From positions 2,482 through 66,481 of the forward strand of contig CAZUPH010000001.1 in assembly GCA_964621995.1 (NCBI GenBank): a stretch of DNA of 64,000 bases, read 5' to 3'. A program made the translations under genes and the position numbers. The notes beneath the pieces were generated by a model, which was given only the letters and a program-made list of their open reading frames with translations, searched no databases and was not told where the DNA came from. Every line of letters starts with the position of its first letter. The first letter of the stretch is position 1. Source of the stretch: an uncultured Rubrivivax sp. (GTDB taxonomy: Bacteria; Pseudomonadota; Gammaproteobacteria; Burkholderiales; Burkholderiaceae_C). Shown here piece after piece: positions 54,987-63,368 of the stretch.

Positions 54987-56411
54987 ATGACCGCCGCACC
55001 CGACGCCGCGCCGCGCACCGGCCCCGCCTTCTCGACCCTGCCCATGGCAAGCCACGTGCTGGACAACCTCCGGCGACTGGGCTACGAGCACATGACCGCC
55101 ATCCAGGCCGCCAGTCTGCCGCCGTCACTGGCCGGCAAGGACCTCATCGCGCAGGCCAGGACCGGCAGCGGGAAGACGGTCGCCTTCGCGCTGCCGCTGC
55201 TGGCCAACCTGAACCCGCGCCGATTTGCCGTGCAGGCGCTGGTGCTGTGCCCGACCCGCGAGCTCGCCGAGCAGGTGAAGCAGGAGATCCGCCGCCTTGC
55301 GCGCGCCGAGGTCAACGTCAAGGTGCTCATGCTGTGCGGCGGCGCCACGATGCGCCCGCAGCTGGCCAGCCTGGCGCACGGCGCGCACGTGGTGGTCGGC
55401 ACGCCCGGGCGCATCCTCGACCACCTGGGGCGCGAGTCGCTGTCGCTGGACGCGCTGAACACGCTGGTGCTCGACGAGGCCGACCGCATGCTGGACATGG
55501 GCTTCGCCGAGGACCTGGCCGCCATCGTTCAGCGCTGCCCGCCGACCTCGCAGCGACAGACGCTGCTGTTCTCGGCCACCTACCCCGACGACGTCGCCCG
55601 GCTCGCGGCGCGCTACCTGCGCGAACCTCAGGAGATCCGTCTGAACGAGCGCCACGCCGCGGGCCAGATCCGCCAGCGCTTCTACGAGGTGACGGAGAGC
55701 GAGCGGCTGCATGCCGTCGGACTGCTGCTGAACCACTTCCGCCCCGAGAGCACGCTGGCCTTCTGCAACACGAAGCAGCAGTGCCGCGACCTCGTCGCGG
55801 TGCTGCAGGCGCAGGGCATCGTCGCACTCGAGCTGCACGGCGACCTGGAGCAGCGCGAGCGCGACCAGGTGCTGGTGCGCTTTGCCAACCGCAGCTGCAG
55901 CGTCCTGGTGGCCACCGACGTCGCCGCGCGCGGGCTGGACATCACGCGGCTGGAGGCGGTGATCAATGTCGAGATCACGCCCGACGCCCAGGTCCACACC
56001 CACCGTGTCGGGCGCACCGGCCGCGCCGGCGAATCGGGTCAGGTCTTCAACCTGGCCAGCGTCGACGAGATGGGTCGTGTCGGCCGCATCGACGAGATGC
56101 AGGGCACCGAAAGCGTCTGGCATGCGCTGGCCGAACTGCAGGTCCAGGGCGGTGCGGCGGACCCGCCGCTGCGCCCGCCCATGGTCACGCTGCAGATCCT
56201 GGGCGGGCGCAAGCAGAAGATCCGCGCGGGCGACGTGCTGGGCGCGCTCACCAAGGACCTGGGCCTGCCTGCCGCGGCGATCGGCAAGATCGACGTCAAC
56301 GACTTCTCGACCTATGTCGCCGTGCGGCGCGACCTCGCCGAGCGGGCCCTGCGCGGGCTCGCCGAGGGCAAGGTCAAGGGCCGCACGGTCAAGGTCAGGA
56401 GCCTGCAGTGA
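54987..56411 (+). CDS. dbpA: ATP-dependent 23S rRNA DEAD-box helicase DbpA
   Basis: Q motif MTAIQ, ARTGSGKT, PTRELA, TPGR, DEAD, SAT, ARGLD, HRVGRTGRAG; C-terminal GGRKQKIRAGDVLGAL RNA-binding domain. Confidence 0.95.
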   Translation: MTAAPDAAPRTGPAFSTLPMASHVLDNLRRLGYEHMTAIQAASLPPSLAGKDLIAQARTGSGKTVAFALPLLANLNPRRFAVQALVLCPTRELAEQVKQEIRRLARAEVNVKVLMLCGGATMRPQLASLAHGAHVVVGTPGRILDHLGRESLSLDALNTLVLDEADRMLDMGFAEDLAAIVQRCPPTSQRQTLLFSATYPDDVARLAARYLREPQEIRLNERHAAGQIRQRFYEVTESERLHAVGLLLNHFRPESTLAFCNTKQQCRDLVAVLQAQGIVALELHGDLEQRERDQVLVRFANRSCSVLVATDVAARGLDITRLEAVINVEITPDAQVHTHRVGRTGRAGESGQVFNLASVDEMGRVGRIDEMQGTESVWHALAELQVQGGAADPPLRPPMVTLQILGGRKQKIRAGDVLGALTKDLGLPAAAIGKIDVNDFSTYVAVRRDLAERALRGLAEGKVKGRTVKVRSLQ

Positions 56412-57820
56412 AGCTCTTCCTGTCCTACCCGTCCGGCCAGCACAACCTGGCCGAGCGACTGGCCTTGGCCCTCGAGGCCGAAGGCCACGAGGTCTTCATC
56501 GACCGCGCCGAGCTGAAGGCGGGCGAGTCGTTCCACCAGACCCTGCGCGAGGCCATCCTCGGCGCCGATGCGATGGTCTTCCTGGTGACACCCGAAGCCG
56601 TGGCGCCCGGCAGCTACGCACTGGCGGAGCTGAACATCGCCCGGCAACGGTGGCGCCGGCCCAGCGGGCACGTGCTGCCCGTGATGGTGGTCGCCACGCC
56701 GGTCAGCGCATTGCCCAGCTACCTGTCGGCGGTGACCGTGCTGCAGCCGCAGGGCGAGGCCGTGGCCGAGATCGTTGCCGCGGTGGCGCGGCTGAAGCCG
56801 CCGACGGGCCGGCGCCCGGTGTGGATCGCGGCCGCGGCGGTGCTGGTGGTCGTCGGGCTTGCGACAGCCGGCGGCCTGCTCTATCGCCACGAGCTGCGCA
56901 GCGCGGCGCAACAGGCTCGGAGCGACCTGGCACTGGCGGCGTCGGCACGCGAGCTGTGCGACAGCGGCAGCCATGCGGTCGCGATGGCACAGCTGAACGA
57001 ACTGGTCGTCGGCAGGCAGCCGCCGGCGCAGGTGCTCGACGCGCGCGAAGACTGCGCCATGCGGTGGCTGCGCGACATGCGCGCCACCGTGGGCAGGACG
57101 ACCTTCACCGAGCAGGTGGCACAGGCTCAGCCAGTTCTCCTGCAGGGCCTGGCCAGGAGCGAGGGCGTGCGCGCCGCCGATCTGCGGTCGCACATCGGCT
57201 GGGGTGAGTACCTGCGAGGCCGCGAAGGCGCGGCGGGCGTCGACCCGGTGGCGCACTGGACCCGCGCGCTGGCCGACGATGCCGACAACGTCTATGCCAA
57301 CGGCATGTGGGCGCGCCAGATGCTCCAGCGAGGCGGGCGCTTCGACGAGGCCATGGCCCTCTTCGAGAAGGCCGAGGCCAGCGGCCGCGACCGGCCGTTC
57401 CTGCGCAGCTTGCAGTTTGGCGGCACGCTCGGCGGCCGGATCGAGACGGCGCGCTATGCCGTGGAGGTGGCCGACCGCATGCGCCGCGGCGGCGAGCTCA
57501 TCGAGGAGCATCACCGCGACGCGCTGTGGAGCAGCGCGTTCGGTTACCCCTTGCTGAGCGCCGATGCACGAGCGGTCGTCTTCGCCTCGCTGCCGCCGGC
57601 ACAACTGCTTCAGACCTTCGACTGGCTCTTTCCGGAAGCCCGGGTCAGCGACGAGCGCCGGGCGCAGTGGCGCTTCGTGCGCGCCACGCTGATGGAGAAC
57701 AACGGCGAGCGGGAAGCCGCGCGGGCCGAATTCGAATCGCTCGTGAGCAGCCTGCGCGCCGCCAACCGCGGGGGCCGCCTGCTCGACGAAGCACAGCGCG
57801 GCCTCGATCGCGTGAGATAG
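56408..57820 (+). CDS. TIR-domain membrane protein (TIR - single TM - helical/TPR-like domain), 470 aa
   Basis: GTG 56408 overlaps the dbpA stop; KLFLSY...LAERLALALE..GHEVFID..L..GE....L.EAI..AD.MVFLVTP....SYALAEL...VLPV; TM VWIAAAAVLVVVGLATAGGLLY. Confidence 0.88.
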   Translation: MKLFLSYPSGQHNLAERLALALEAEGHEVFIDRAELKAGESFHQTLREAILGADAMVFLVTPEAVAPGSYALAELNIARQRWRRPSGHVLPVMVVATPVSALPSYLSAVTVLQPQGEAVAEIVAAVARLKPPTGRRPVWIAAAAVLVVVGLATAGGLLYRHELRSAAQQARSDLALAASARELCDSGSHAVAMAQLNELVVGRQPPAQVLDAREDCAMRWLRDMRATVGRTTFTEQVAQAQPVLLQGLARSEGVRAADLRSHIGWGEYLRGREGAAGVDPVAHWTRALADDADNVYANGMWARQMLQRGGRFDEAMALFEKAEASGRDRPFLRSLQFGGTLGGRIETARYAVEVADRMRRGGELIEEHHRDALWSSAFGYPLLSADARAVVFASLPPAQLLQTFDWLFPEARVSDERRAQWRFVRATLMENNGEREAARAEFESLVSSLRAANRGGRLLDEAQRGLDRVR

Positions 57821-57939
57821 GCGCCGGCTCGCGGCGGTGCGCCGGCGCGGGCCGCGCCCCGGCAGACGCGGGGCGGACGCCGGCCCAGGCCACTGCGGCC
57901 AGCCACCGATCCACCAGGGCCTGCATGGTGTCTGCCCCG

Positions 57940-58012
57940 ATGCCCCACGCCCGGCCCCTGCGCGTCGACCTGGCCGGCGGCGGACCGACCGGGCTCGCCT
58001 TCGCGCTGATGC
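57940..58012 (+). pseudogene. N-terminal remnant of an FAD-dependent oxidoreductase
   Basis: MPHARPLRVDLAGGGPTGLAFALM is a Rossmann GxGxxG start that runs into the convergent gene. Confidence 0.45.
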
Positions 58013-58054
58013 CGCTCGCCCGGGCGCCTTGGGCTTCGTGGTCGCGGATCCGAC

Positions 58055-59098
58055 TCACTCCAGGGGTCGGACCACCTCCGCGACCGCATAGTCGGGCCCG
58101 CCCACGATGCGATCGAAGTAGGACACATGGGCGTCGCTGCCCGCGGGCCACTGCGCCTCGAAGCGGGCACGCCACCGCGCAAGGTCGATGTCGATGGCGA
58201 CGGCCTCGGCCACCACGCCGCCGCCGAGTTCGACGCCGAAGCGCCCGGGCACCCGGGCGGACGGCTCGACGGCGATGCGGGTCAGCAGTCCTGCGGCATC
58301 GCCTCGGAAGTTGGGCATCCCGGCGGCACCGTTGTTGAGGATCCAGCGCGCGCGGCGGGCTTGCGATCCCGGCACGGCCTGGAACACCGGCAGGCAGGTG
58401 TGGGTGCAGGCGAAGGCGTCCACGCCCGCGCGGTCGAACCAGCGGGCGACCTCGGCGCGGTGGTCCGCCGCACGCAGGTGCTCCTGCGCAAAGCCCCAGC
58501 CGGCCAGCGAGGTGGCATCGCCGTGCACGATGCCCAGCCGCAGGGGCCCCACATCGGCACGCTGCCACATCGGCAGCGCCGACAACGCAGCACGCTGGCC
58601 TTCGTCAGCCGCGGTCCGCAGGCGTGCCAGGATGCGGTTGGAGCGCTCGACCACGCCGTCCCCCACCCAGTCCGGGTAGGCACAGCCGCAGCCGGCGTCG
58701 GCTTCCGCGTCCGGGGCCGCCAGCTCGGTCTCGACGTTGCCGCGCAGCGCCTCGTGCGCCAGCACGCCGCGCTGCACCCGCTCGAAGACCTCCGGGTCGG
58801 CATCGAACCAGTGGAAGTCGCCGTTGAACACCAGCCGCTTGCGCCCGCGTTCGCGGTCGAAGAGCTCCAGCACACGTTCCAGCGCCAGCGGATTGCCGTA
58901 CAGGCCGCCCACCACGTACAGCACCTCGAGCGATCGCAGGTGCGCGGGCGCCTCGATGGCGAAGTCCTCGGGCCGGTAGCGGTAGTGCAGCGGGCAGCTG
59001 CGCCCGGGCGCCGTGCCGGCCGGTGCATGGCCGAAGGTCGGCTGTGGTGTCGGCCGCAGGGCCCCGGGCGCGGGGGCCAGCCCTTCACAAACGTTCAT
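58055..59098 (-). CDS. Atypical Cys-rich metallophosphoesterase-fold protein
   Basis: Altered calcineurin-like motifs VVGGLYGN, FNGDFHWFD, LRGNVE, IVHGD, CTHTC, NNGAAG; extra GRSCP and GCGCAYP. Confidence 0.8.
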   Translation of the reverse strand: MNVCEGLAPAPGALRPTPQPTFGHAPAGTAPGRSCPLHYRYRPEDFAIEAPAHLRSLEVLYVVGGLYGNPLALERVLELFDRERGRKRLVFNGDFHWFDADPEVFERVQRGVLAHEALRGNVETELAAPDAEADAGCGCAYPDWVGDGVVERSNRILARLRTAADEGQRAALSALPMWQRADVGPLRLGIVHGDATSLAGWGFAQEHLRAADHRAEVARWFDRAGVDAFACTHTCLPVFQAVPGSQARRARWILNNGAAGMPNFRGDAAGLLTRIAVEPSARVPGRFGVELGGGVVAEAVAIDIDLARWRARFEAQWPAGSDAHVSYFDRIVGGPDYAVAEVVRPLE

Positions 59099-59135
59099 CG
59101 TCGCTTCCTCGTGGTGTCGAACCGGGGGCCCGCCG

Positions 59136-59951
59136 TCATGCGCGGGCCAGCCTGATCACGGGCGCCGGATCGGGGGGCGCGGCCGGGGCCCTGTCCGCGG
59201 CGTGCCGCTCGTACAGGGCCTGCAACAGCGAAGGGGTCACCGCATCCAGCGGTCGGTCCCAGCGCACGCGGCCCTCGGTCATGCCGATGACGCGGGTGGC
59301 CAGCACCGGCAGCAGGTCGAGGTCGTGCACCACGGTCAGCAGGGTCCGGCCGGGCGCGGCGGCCACGGCGCACAGCGCCTGGCACACCTCGCGCGTCGCT
59401 GCCGGGTCCAGCGCCGAGGTGGGCTCGTCGGCCAGCAGCAGGTGCGGGCGCTGCAGTTGCAGGCGCGCCAGCGCGACCTTCTGCCGCTCGCCGCCGGAAA
59501 GCCGGTCGGCCCGCGTGTCGCCGCGGTCCGCCAGGCCGAGGGCGGCCAGCGCGGCATCGGCTTCGGCGACCAGGGGCTGCGGGTACCAGCGGCACCAGCT
59601 GCGCACCGCCGCCGCGCCCCGCAGCCGGGCCAGCGCGCCGATCAGCACGTTCTCGCGCGCGCTCAGCCGAGGCACCAGGTGCAGGCCCTGCATCAGCAGG
59701 CCGGTGTCGCGGCGCAGGGCGCGGCGGTCCACGGCCCCGCTGCCGGGGCCGATCGAGCGCCCGAGCACCTGCACCTGCCCCTGGCGGGCCTCGACCAGGG
59801 CGCCGATCAACCTCAGCAGCGTGCTCTTGCCGGCGCCGTTGGGCCCGACGATGGCCACCCGCTCGCCCGGCTCGATGGCCAGCTGCGGCAGCTCGAGCAG
59901 CACGCGGTCGCCGACCGCCACCTGCACGTTCTCCAGCCGGACCGCGGCCAT
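59136..59951 (-). CDS. phnC: PhnC-type ABC transporter ATP-binding protein
   Basis: GPNGAGKSTLL, LVPRLSARENVLIGAL, LSGGERQKV, LADEPTSALDP, VVHD. Confidence 0.88.
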   Translation of the reverse strand: MAAVRLENVQVAVGDRVLLELPQLAIEPGERVAIVGPNGAGKSTLLRLIGALVEARQGQVQVLGRSIGPGSGAVDRRALRRDTGLLMQGLHLVPRLSARENVLIGALARLRGAAAVRSWCRWYPQPLVAEADAALAALGLADRGDTRADRLSGGERQKVALARLQLQRPHLLLADEPTSALDPAATREVCQALCAVAAAPGRTLLTVVHDLDLLPVLATRVIGMTEGRVRWDRPLDAVTPSLLQALYERHAADRAPAAPPDPAPVIRLARA

Positions 59952-59964
59952 CACGACGAGGTCC

Positions 59965-60870
59965 TCACAGCAGCGCCTCCCGGATGCGGCGCGACAGGGC
60001 ATCGAAGGCCATCACCAGCGCCACCACCACGATCAGCAGGGTGGCCAGCCGGCTCCACTGGAACAGGCTCACGGCCTCGCTGATCAGCAGCCCCAGACCG
60101 CCGGCGCCGATCAGCCCCAGGATGGTCGAGTCGCGGATGTTGAATTCCCAAACGTACAGGTGGTGGCTGACGAACTGCGGCAGCACCGAAGGCCACACGC
60201 CGTGGAAGAAGACCTGCGCCTCGCCCGCGCCCGTGGCGCGCACCGCATCGACCGCCGCCATGTCCAGCGACTCGATGCTCTCGGCGAACAGCTTGCCGTA
60301 GGTGCCCATCGAGTGCAGCGCGATGGCCAGCACGCCGGCCGTCGGCCCCAGGCCCACGATGCCGACCAGGATCAGGCCGAACACGAGCGTGTGAACCGCG
60401 CGCGAGACGTCGAGCACGCCCTTGGCCGCCCAGGCCAGCGCTCGCGGCGCCCGCAGGTTGCGCGCCACGAGCATCGCCAGCGGCAGGGCCATCAGTGCCG
60501 CCAGCAAGGAGCCCAGCGTGGCGATCTGGAAGGTGACCCAGGTGGCCCGTGCGATCGCGGCGAGGAAGTCCGCCTCGACCTCGCGGCGGTTCTCCACGCG
60601 CAGCACGGTGCCGTCGTCGCTGCGGTACTCCAGGCGCTCGGGGCCGAACCAGACGTCGAGGAAGCTCGGCCGCGCGAAGTCGCCCACCGTCCTGAGCAGG
60701 TTGTCCCAGGGGTTGCGCCCGAAGCTGAGATCGCCCGCGGCCACCAGCGTGGCCAGGCACAGCGTCACCAGCAGCGCATAGACCGCGACCAGCATGGCAA
60801 AGCCCGCCCGGCCCGCGGGCAGCGCCCCGCGCGCCGGCCATGGCGGCCTTCGCTGCGCCAGCCCGGTCAT
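59965..60870 (-). CDS. phnE: PhnE-type ABC transporter permease
   Basis: VGLGPTAGVLAIALHS.G..GKLFAESIE, WEFNIRDSTILGLIGAGGLG. Confidence 0.9.
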   Translation of the reverse strand: MTGLAQRRPPWPARGALPAGRAGFAMLVAVYALLVTLCLATLVAAGDLSFGRNPWDNLLRTVGDFARPSFLDVWFGPERLEYRSDDGTVLRVENRREVEADFLAAIARATWVTFQIATLGSLLAALMALPLAMLVARNLRAPRALAWAAKGVLDVSRAVHTLVFGLILVGIVGLGPTAGVLAIALHSMGTYGKLFAESIESLDMAAVDAVRATGAGEAQVFFHGVWPSVLPQFVSHHLYVWEFNIRDSTILGLIGAGGLGLLISEAVSLFQWSRLATLLIVVVALVMAFDALSRRIREALL

Positions 60871-61769
60871 CGTGCGCCCAGCTTGCCGGTGGCCAGCCCG
60901 GCGTCGCGGATGGGCTTGTAGAACGTGTTGTCGCGCGCCACGAAGCCGGTGTAGTTGGCGGGCAGCAGGTTCGGCTGGCTGGCCAGCAGCGGGCCGATCT
61001 CGGCCAGTGCCGCCTGCAGGCGCTGCACGAAGGCGCTGTCCTTGGCCAGTTCCGCGCTGACCGCGAAGGCGTCGTTGGGCAGCGGCGCCGACTGCCAGAT
61101 GACCTTGCTGCGCGCGGCCGTGATCAGGCCCTGCGCGATCATCGCGTCGCGGTTGCGGTTGTAGTCGGCGCCGGCGTCGAGCTGGCCCGCGGTCACCTGC
61201 GTCTGGATGGCCTGGTGCTTGGTGTAGAGCACGCGGGCGAAGTGCTTCTCGGGGTCGATGCCGCGCTTCTGGAACTCGTGGAACGGGATCAGGTAGCCGG
61301 AGGTCGAGCCCTTGTCGCCGAAGGCGAAGCTGCGGCCGCGGCCCTTGGGCCCGAGCAGCTCGTCGATGCTGCCCAGCCCCGAGTCCGGGTGCGTCACGAT
61401 CATCGCGAAGTACTCCGGCTTGCCCTGGTACAGGATGGTCGAGACCACCTGCGCGTCGGCGAAGTGGTTGGCCAGCACATAGCCCCAGGGCCCCATCAGC
61501 GCGAGGTCGGTCTCGCCGCTGGCCAGGCTCTTGGCCAGGCCTTCCCAGCTGTCGACCGTGCGCAGCTCGACCGGCCGCCCTAGCCGCTGTGCCAGGTGCG
61601 CGGCCAGCGGGCGGTAGGTGGCGTCGTTCTTCTCGCGGTCGGGCTGGAACATGCCGACGCCGAACTTCAGTGGAGCACCCTGCACGGCGCGCTGCGCGCG
61701 GGCGAGGCCCGGCAGGCCCAGCAGGCTTGCCAGGGCCAGGGAGACGGCGTGCCGTCGGGCAAGGTTCAT
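60867..61769 (-). CDS. phnD: PhnD/PtxB/HtxB-family substrate-binding protein (HtxB-like motifs)
   Basis: Twin-Arg-like signal (ARRHAV); GDKGSTSGYLIP; DSW, GPWGYVL, DYNRNR..MI..G.I, LPNDA. ATG 61769 overlaps the upstream stop. Confidence 0.85.
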   Translation of the reverse strand: MNLARRHAVSLALASLLGLPGLARAQRAVQGAPLKFGVGMFQPDREKNDATYRPLAAHLAQRLGRPVELRTVDSWEGLAKSLASGETDLALMGPWGYVLANHFADAQVVSTILYQGKPEYFAMIVTHPDSGLGSIDELLGPKGRGRSFAFGDKGSTSGYLIPFHEFQKRGIDPEKHFARVLYTKHQAIQTQVTAGQLDAGADYNRNRDAMIAQGLITAARSKVIWQSAPLPNDAFAVSAELAKDSAFVQRLQAALAEIGPLLASQPNLLPANYTGFVARDNTFYKPIRDAGLATGKLGAR

Positions 61770-62434
61770 CGGGCTTCTCCTGAGTGGCGGGCCGACACCT
61801 CGGCCCGGGGGTCGTGGGTGGGCAGGCCCTGGAGCCATCCGGGCGGCAGGTGCACCAGGTCGGCAGGCTCGTCGATGTCGGCCACCGGCGGCAGTTCCGC
61901 CCAGCGCATGCCTGCCGCGCGCAGCCTCACGCGGGTTTCTTCCATCACGCGGTCATGGCTCCAGCGCATGTCCGAGAACCAGCGCGGGTCCGCCCGGCGC
62001 AGGCCCACCAGGGCATAACCGCCGTCCAGGGCCGGCACGAATACGGCATCGTGTTCCTGCAGTGCGGACGAGGCCTGGCGCAGCACGGCGGCGTCCAGCG
62101 AGGGCGCATCGGTGCCGATCAGCAGCGCGCGGCCATGACCCATCAGGCTGCGCGCCAATGCGCGGTGCATGCGCAGGCCGAGATCGCCGCTGCCCTGCTC
62201 GGTCAGGCGCGCGCCCTGTTCGGCGGCGGCGGCGCGCAGCGCGGGATGCGCGGCATCGGGCGCGGCGCACAGCTCGACGGGTCCGATGCCCGCGGCCGCG
62301 GCCTGGGCCAGCGCGTGGCGCAGCATGCGCCCGGCCAGCGCCGCGGCGCCGGCCTCGCCCAGTGCGGGTGCGAGCCGGGTCTTGGCCAGGCCGGGCGCCG
62401 GCGCCTTCGCGAAGACGATGACGGCCGTGCTCAT
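61766..62434 (-). CDS. DUF2064 / TIGR04282-type transferase (CofC-like fold, arsenosugar-cluster associated)
   Basis: IVFAKAP.PG.AKTRL, QG.GDLG.RM, LIGTDAP, PALDGGY.LVG, F..M.WS..V, DIDEPADL. Confidence 0.9.
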   Translation of the reverse strand: MSTAVIVFAKAPAPGLAKTRLAPALGEAGAAALAGRMLRHALAQAAAAGIGPVELCAAPDAAHPALRAAAAEQGARLTEQGSGDLGLRMHRALARSLMGHGRALLIGTDAPSLDAAVLRQASSALQEHDAVFVPALDGGYALVGLRRADPRWFSDMRWSHDRVMEETRVRLRAAGMRWAELPPVADIDEPADLVHLPPGWLQGLPTHDPRAEVSARHSGEAR

Positions 62435-62535
62435 CGGCACGCCTGCGCCAGCCGCGTGTCGGCCTGCAGGCACGGCAGGGCATCGGCCCGGGACGGGGCC
62501 GGCGCCGGGGCGACGATCGACAGGGCAGGCTTCAT
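62431..62535 (-). pseudogene. 34-aa coupled ORF, probable internally deleted TIGR04283-type GT2 glycosyltransferase
   Basis: MKPALSIVAP...ADTRLAQACR*; ATGA overlaps at both ends; N-terminus resembles the GT2 start LSIVIP; occupies the usual position of that gene. Confidence 0.55.
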
Positions 62536-63368
62536 CGCACGTCGTTCAGCGCCCAGTCGTAGTCGGTGTAGGCGATCTCGACGCTGCCCGCGCGGATGCG
62601 TTCGCGGTCGGCGGGCGCGTCGGCCAGCTGATCGGCGTAGCGCGCCGCGAAGGCAGGCAGCGAGCCGATGCCGCGGTGGCCGAGGCGGAAGTCCTCGCCG
62701 TACCAGTCGAAGATCCTCGACAGCTCGAGCCGCCCGCGCTGCGCATTGAAACGGTTGCGCGTGCGGTCGCTCATGAAGCGCAGCGTCTGCTCGTCCATCT
62801 GCGCGTCCAGCCGCGCGGCGACGAAGGCCTCCTCGCGCAGCGCCGGGCAGCCGATGCTGGCGCAGTTGACCGCGAAGTGCACGCGCGGGTCGTCGTAGTC
62901 GCCGCGCCTGCGCAGCATCGCGTGCTCGATGTCGTCCAGCGAGACCTTGCCGCCCAGCAGCGCGATCCACTTCGGCTTCCAGGGGTTGCTGAGCAGGCTG
63001 CCCAGGTCCTTGATCGACTTCAGGTCCGGGTAGCGCGTGAGGATGAGCTCGACCGTGAACGCGTTGTAGGCGTTGATCAGGAAGGCCTGCCGCTCGGCCT
63101 GGTCCCACCCGCCGAAAGTGGCGGGTGTCACCGCCGACAGGCTGCCGAGGTAGGCCTTCAGGGCCGCACGGTCGGCCTGGAAGCCGGCGTAGTCCACCTG
63201 CGTCGCCTGGCCGCCGCGCACGAGCCGCACGTGCTTGCGCAGCAAGGCCGTCCAGGCCGCGTGGCCGTGGTCGAAGCCCGCGGACTGCGCCGCTGCCGGC
63301 GACGGAAGGAGCGCGGCCGCCGCGGTCAGCGCCAAGCCCAGCCAGTGCCTTCGGGTCCAGGTGCTCAT
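62532..63368 (-). CDS. DUF547 domain protein, exported (Tat-like signal)
   Basis: TRRHWL signal; FDH.H..W..LL..HV, VDY, AFLINAYNAFTV, SLDDIEH..LR, DPRVHFAVNCASIGCP.L, IFDWY..DF, YDWALND. Confidence 0.92.
   Translation of the reverse strand: MSTWTRRHWLGLALTAAAALLPSPAAAQSAGFDHGHAAWTALLRKHVRLVRGGQATQVDYAGFQADRAALKAYLGSLSAVTPATFGGWDQAERQAFLINAYNAFTVELILTRYPDLKSIKDLGSLLSNPWKPKWIALLGGKVSLDDIEHAMLRRRGDYDDPRVHFAVNCASIGCPALREEAFVAARLDAQMDEQTLRFMSDRTRNRFNAQRGRLELSRIFDWYGEDFRLGHRGIGSLPAFAARYADQLADAPADRERIRAGSVEIAYTDYDWALNDVR

Noticed and set aside
54878-57820. 980-aa ORF suggesting a large fusion ending in the TIR protein
   Set aside because: The first ~510 codons are an off-frame overlap with dbpA; the real gene starts at GTG 56408.
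59136-61769. Classical phosphonate (C-P lyase) or ptx/htx oxidation operon
   Set aside because: No phnG-M, ptxD or htxA in the window; the phn symbols are family labels only.
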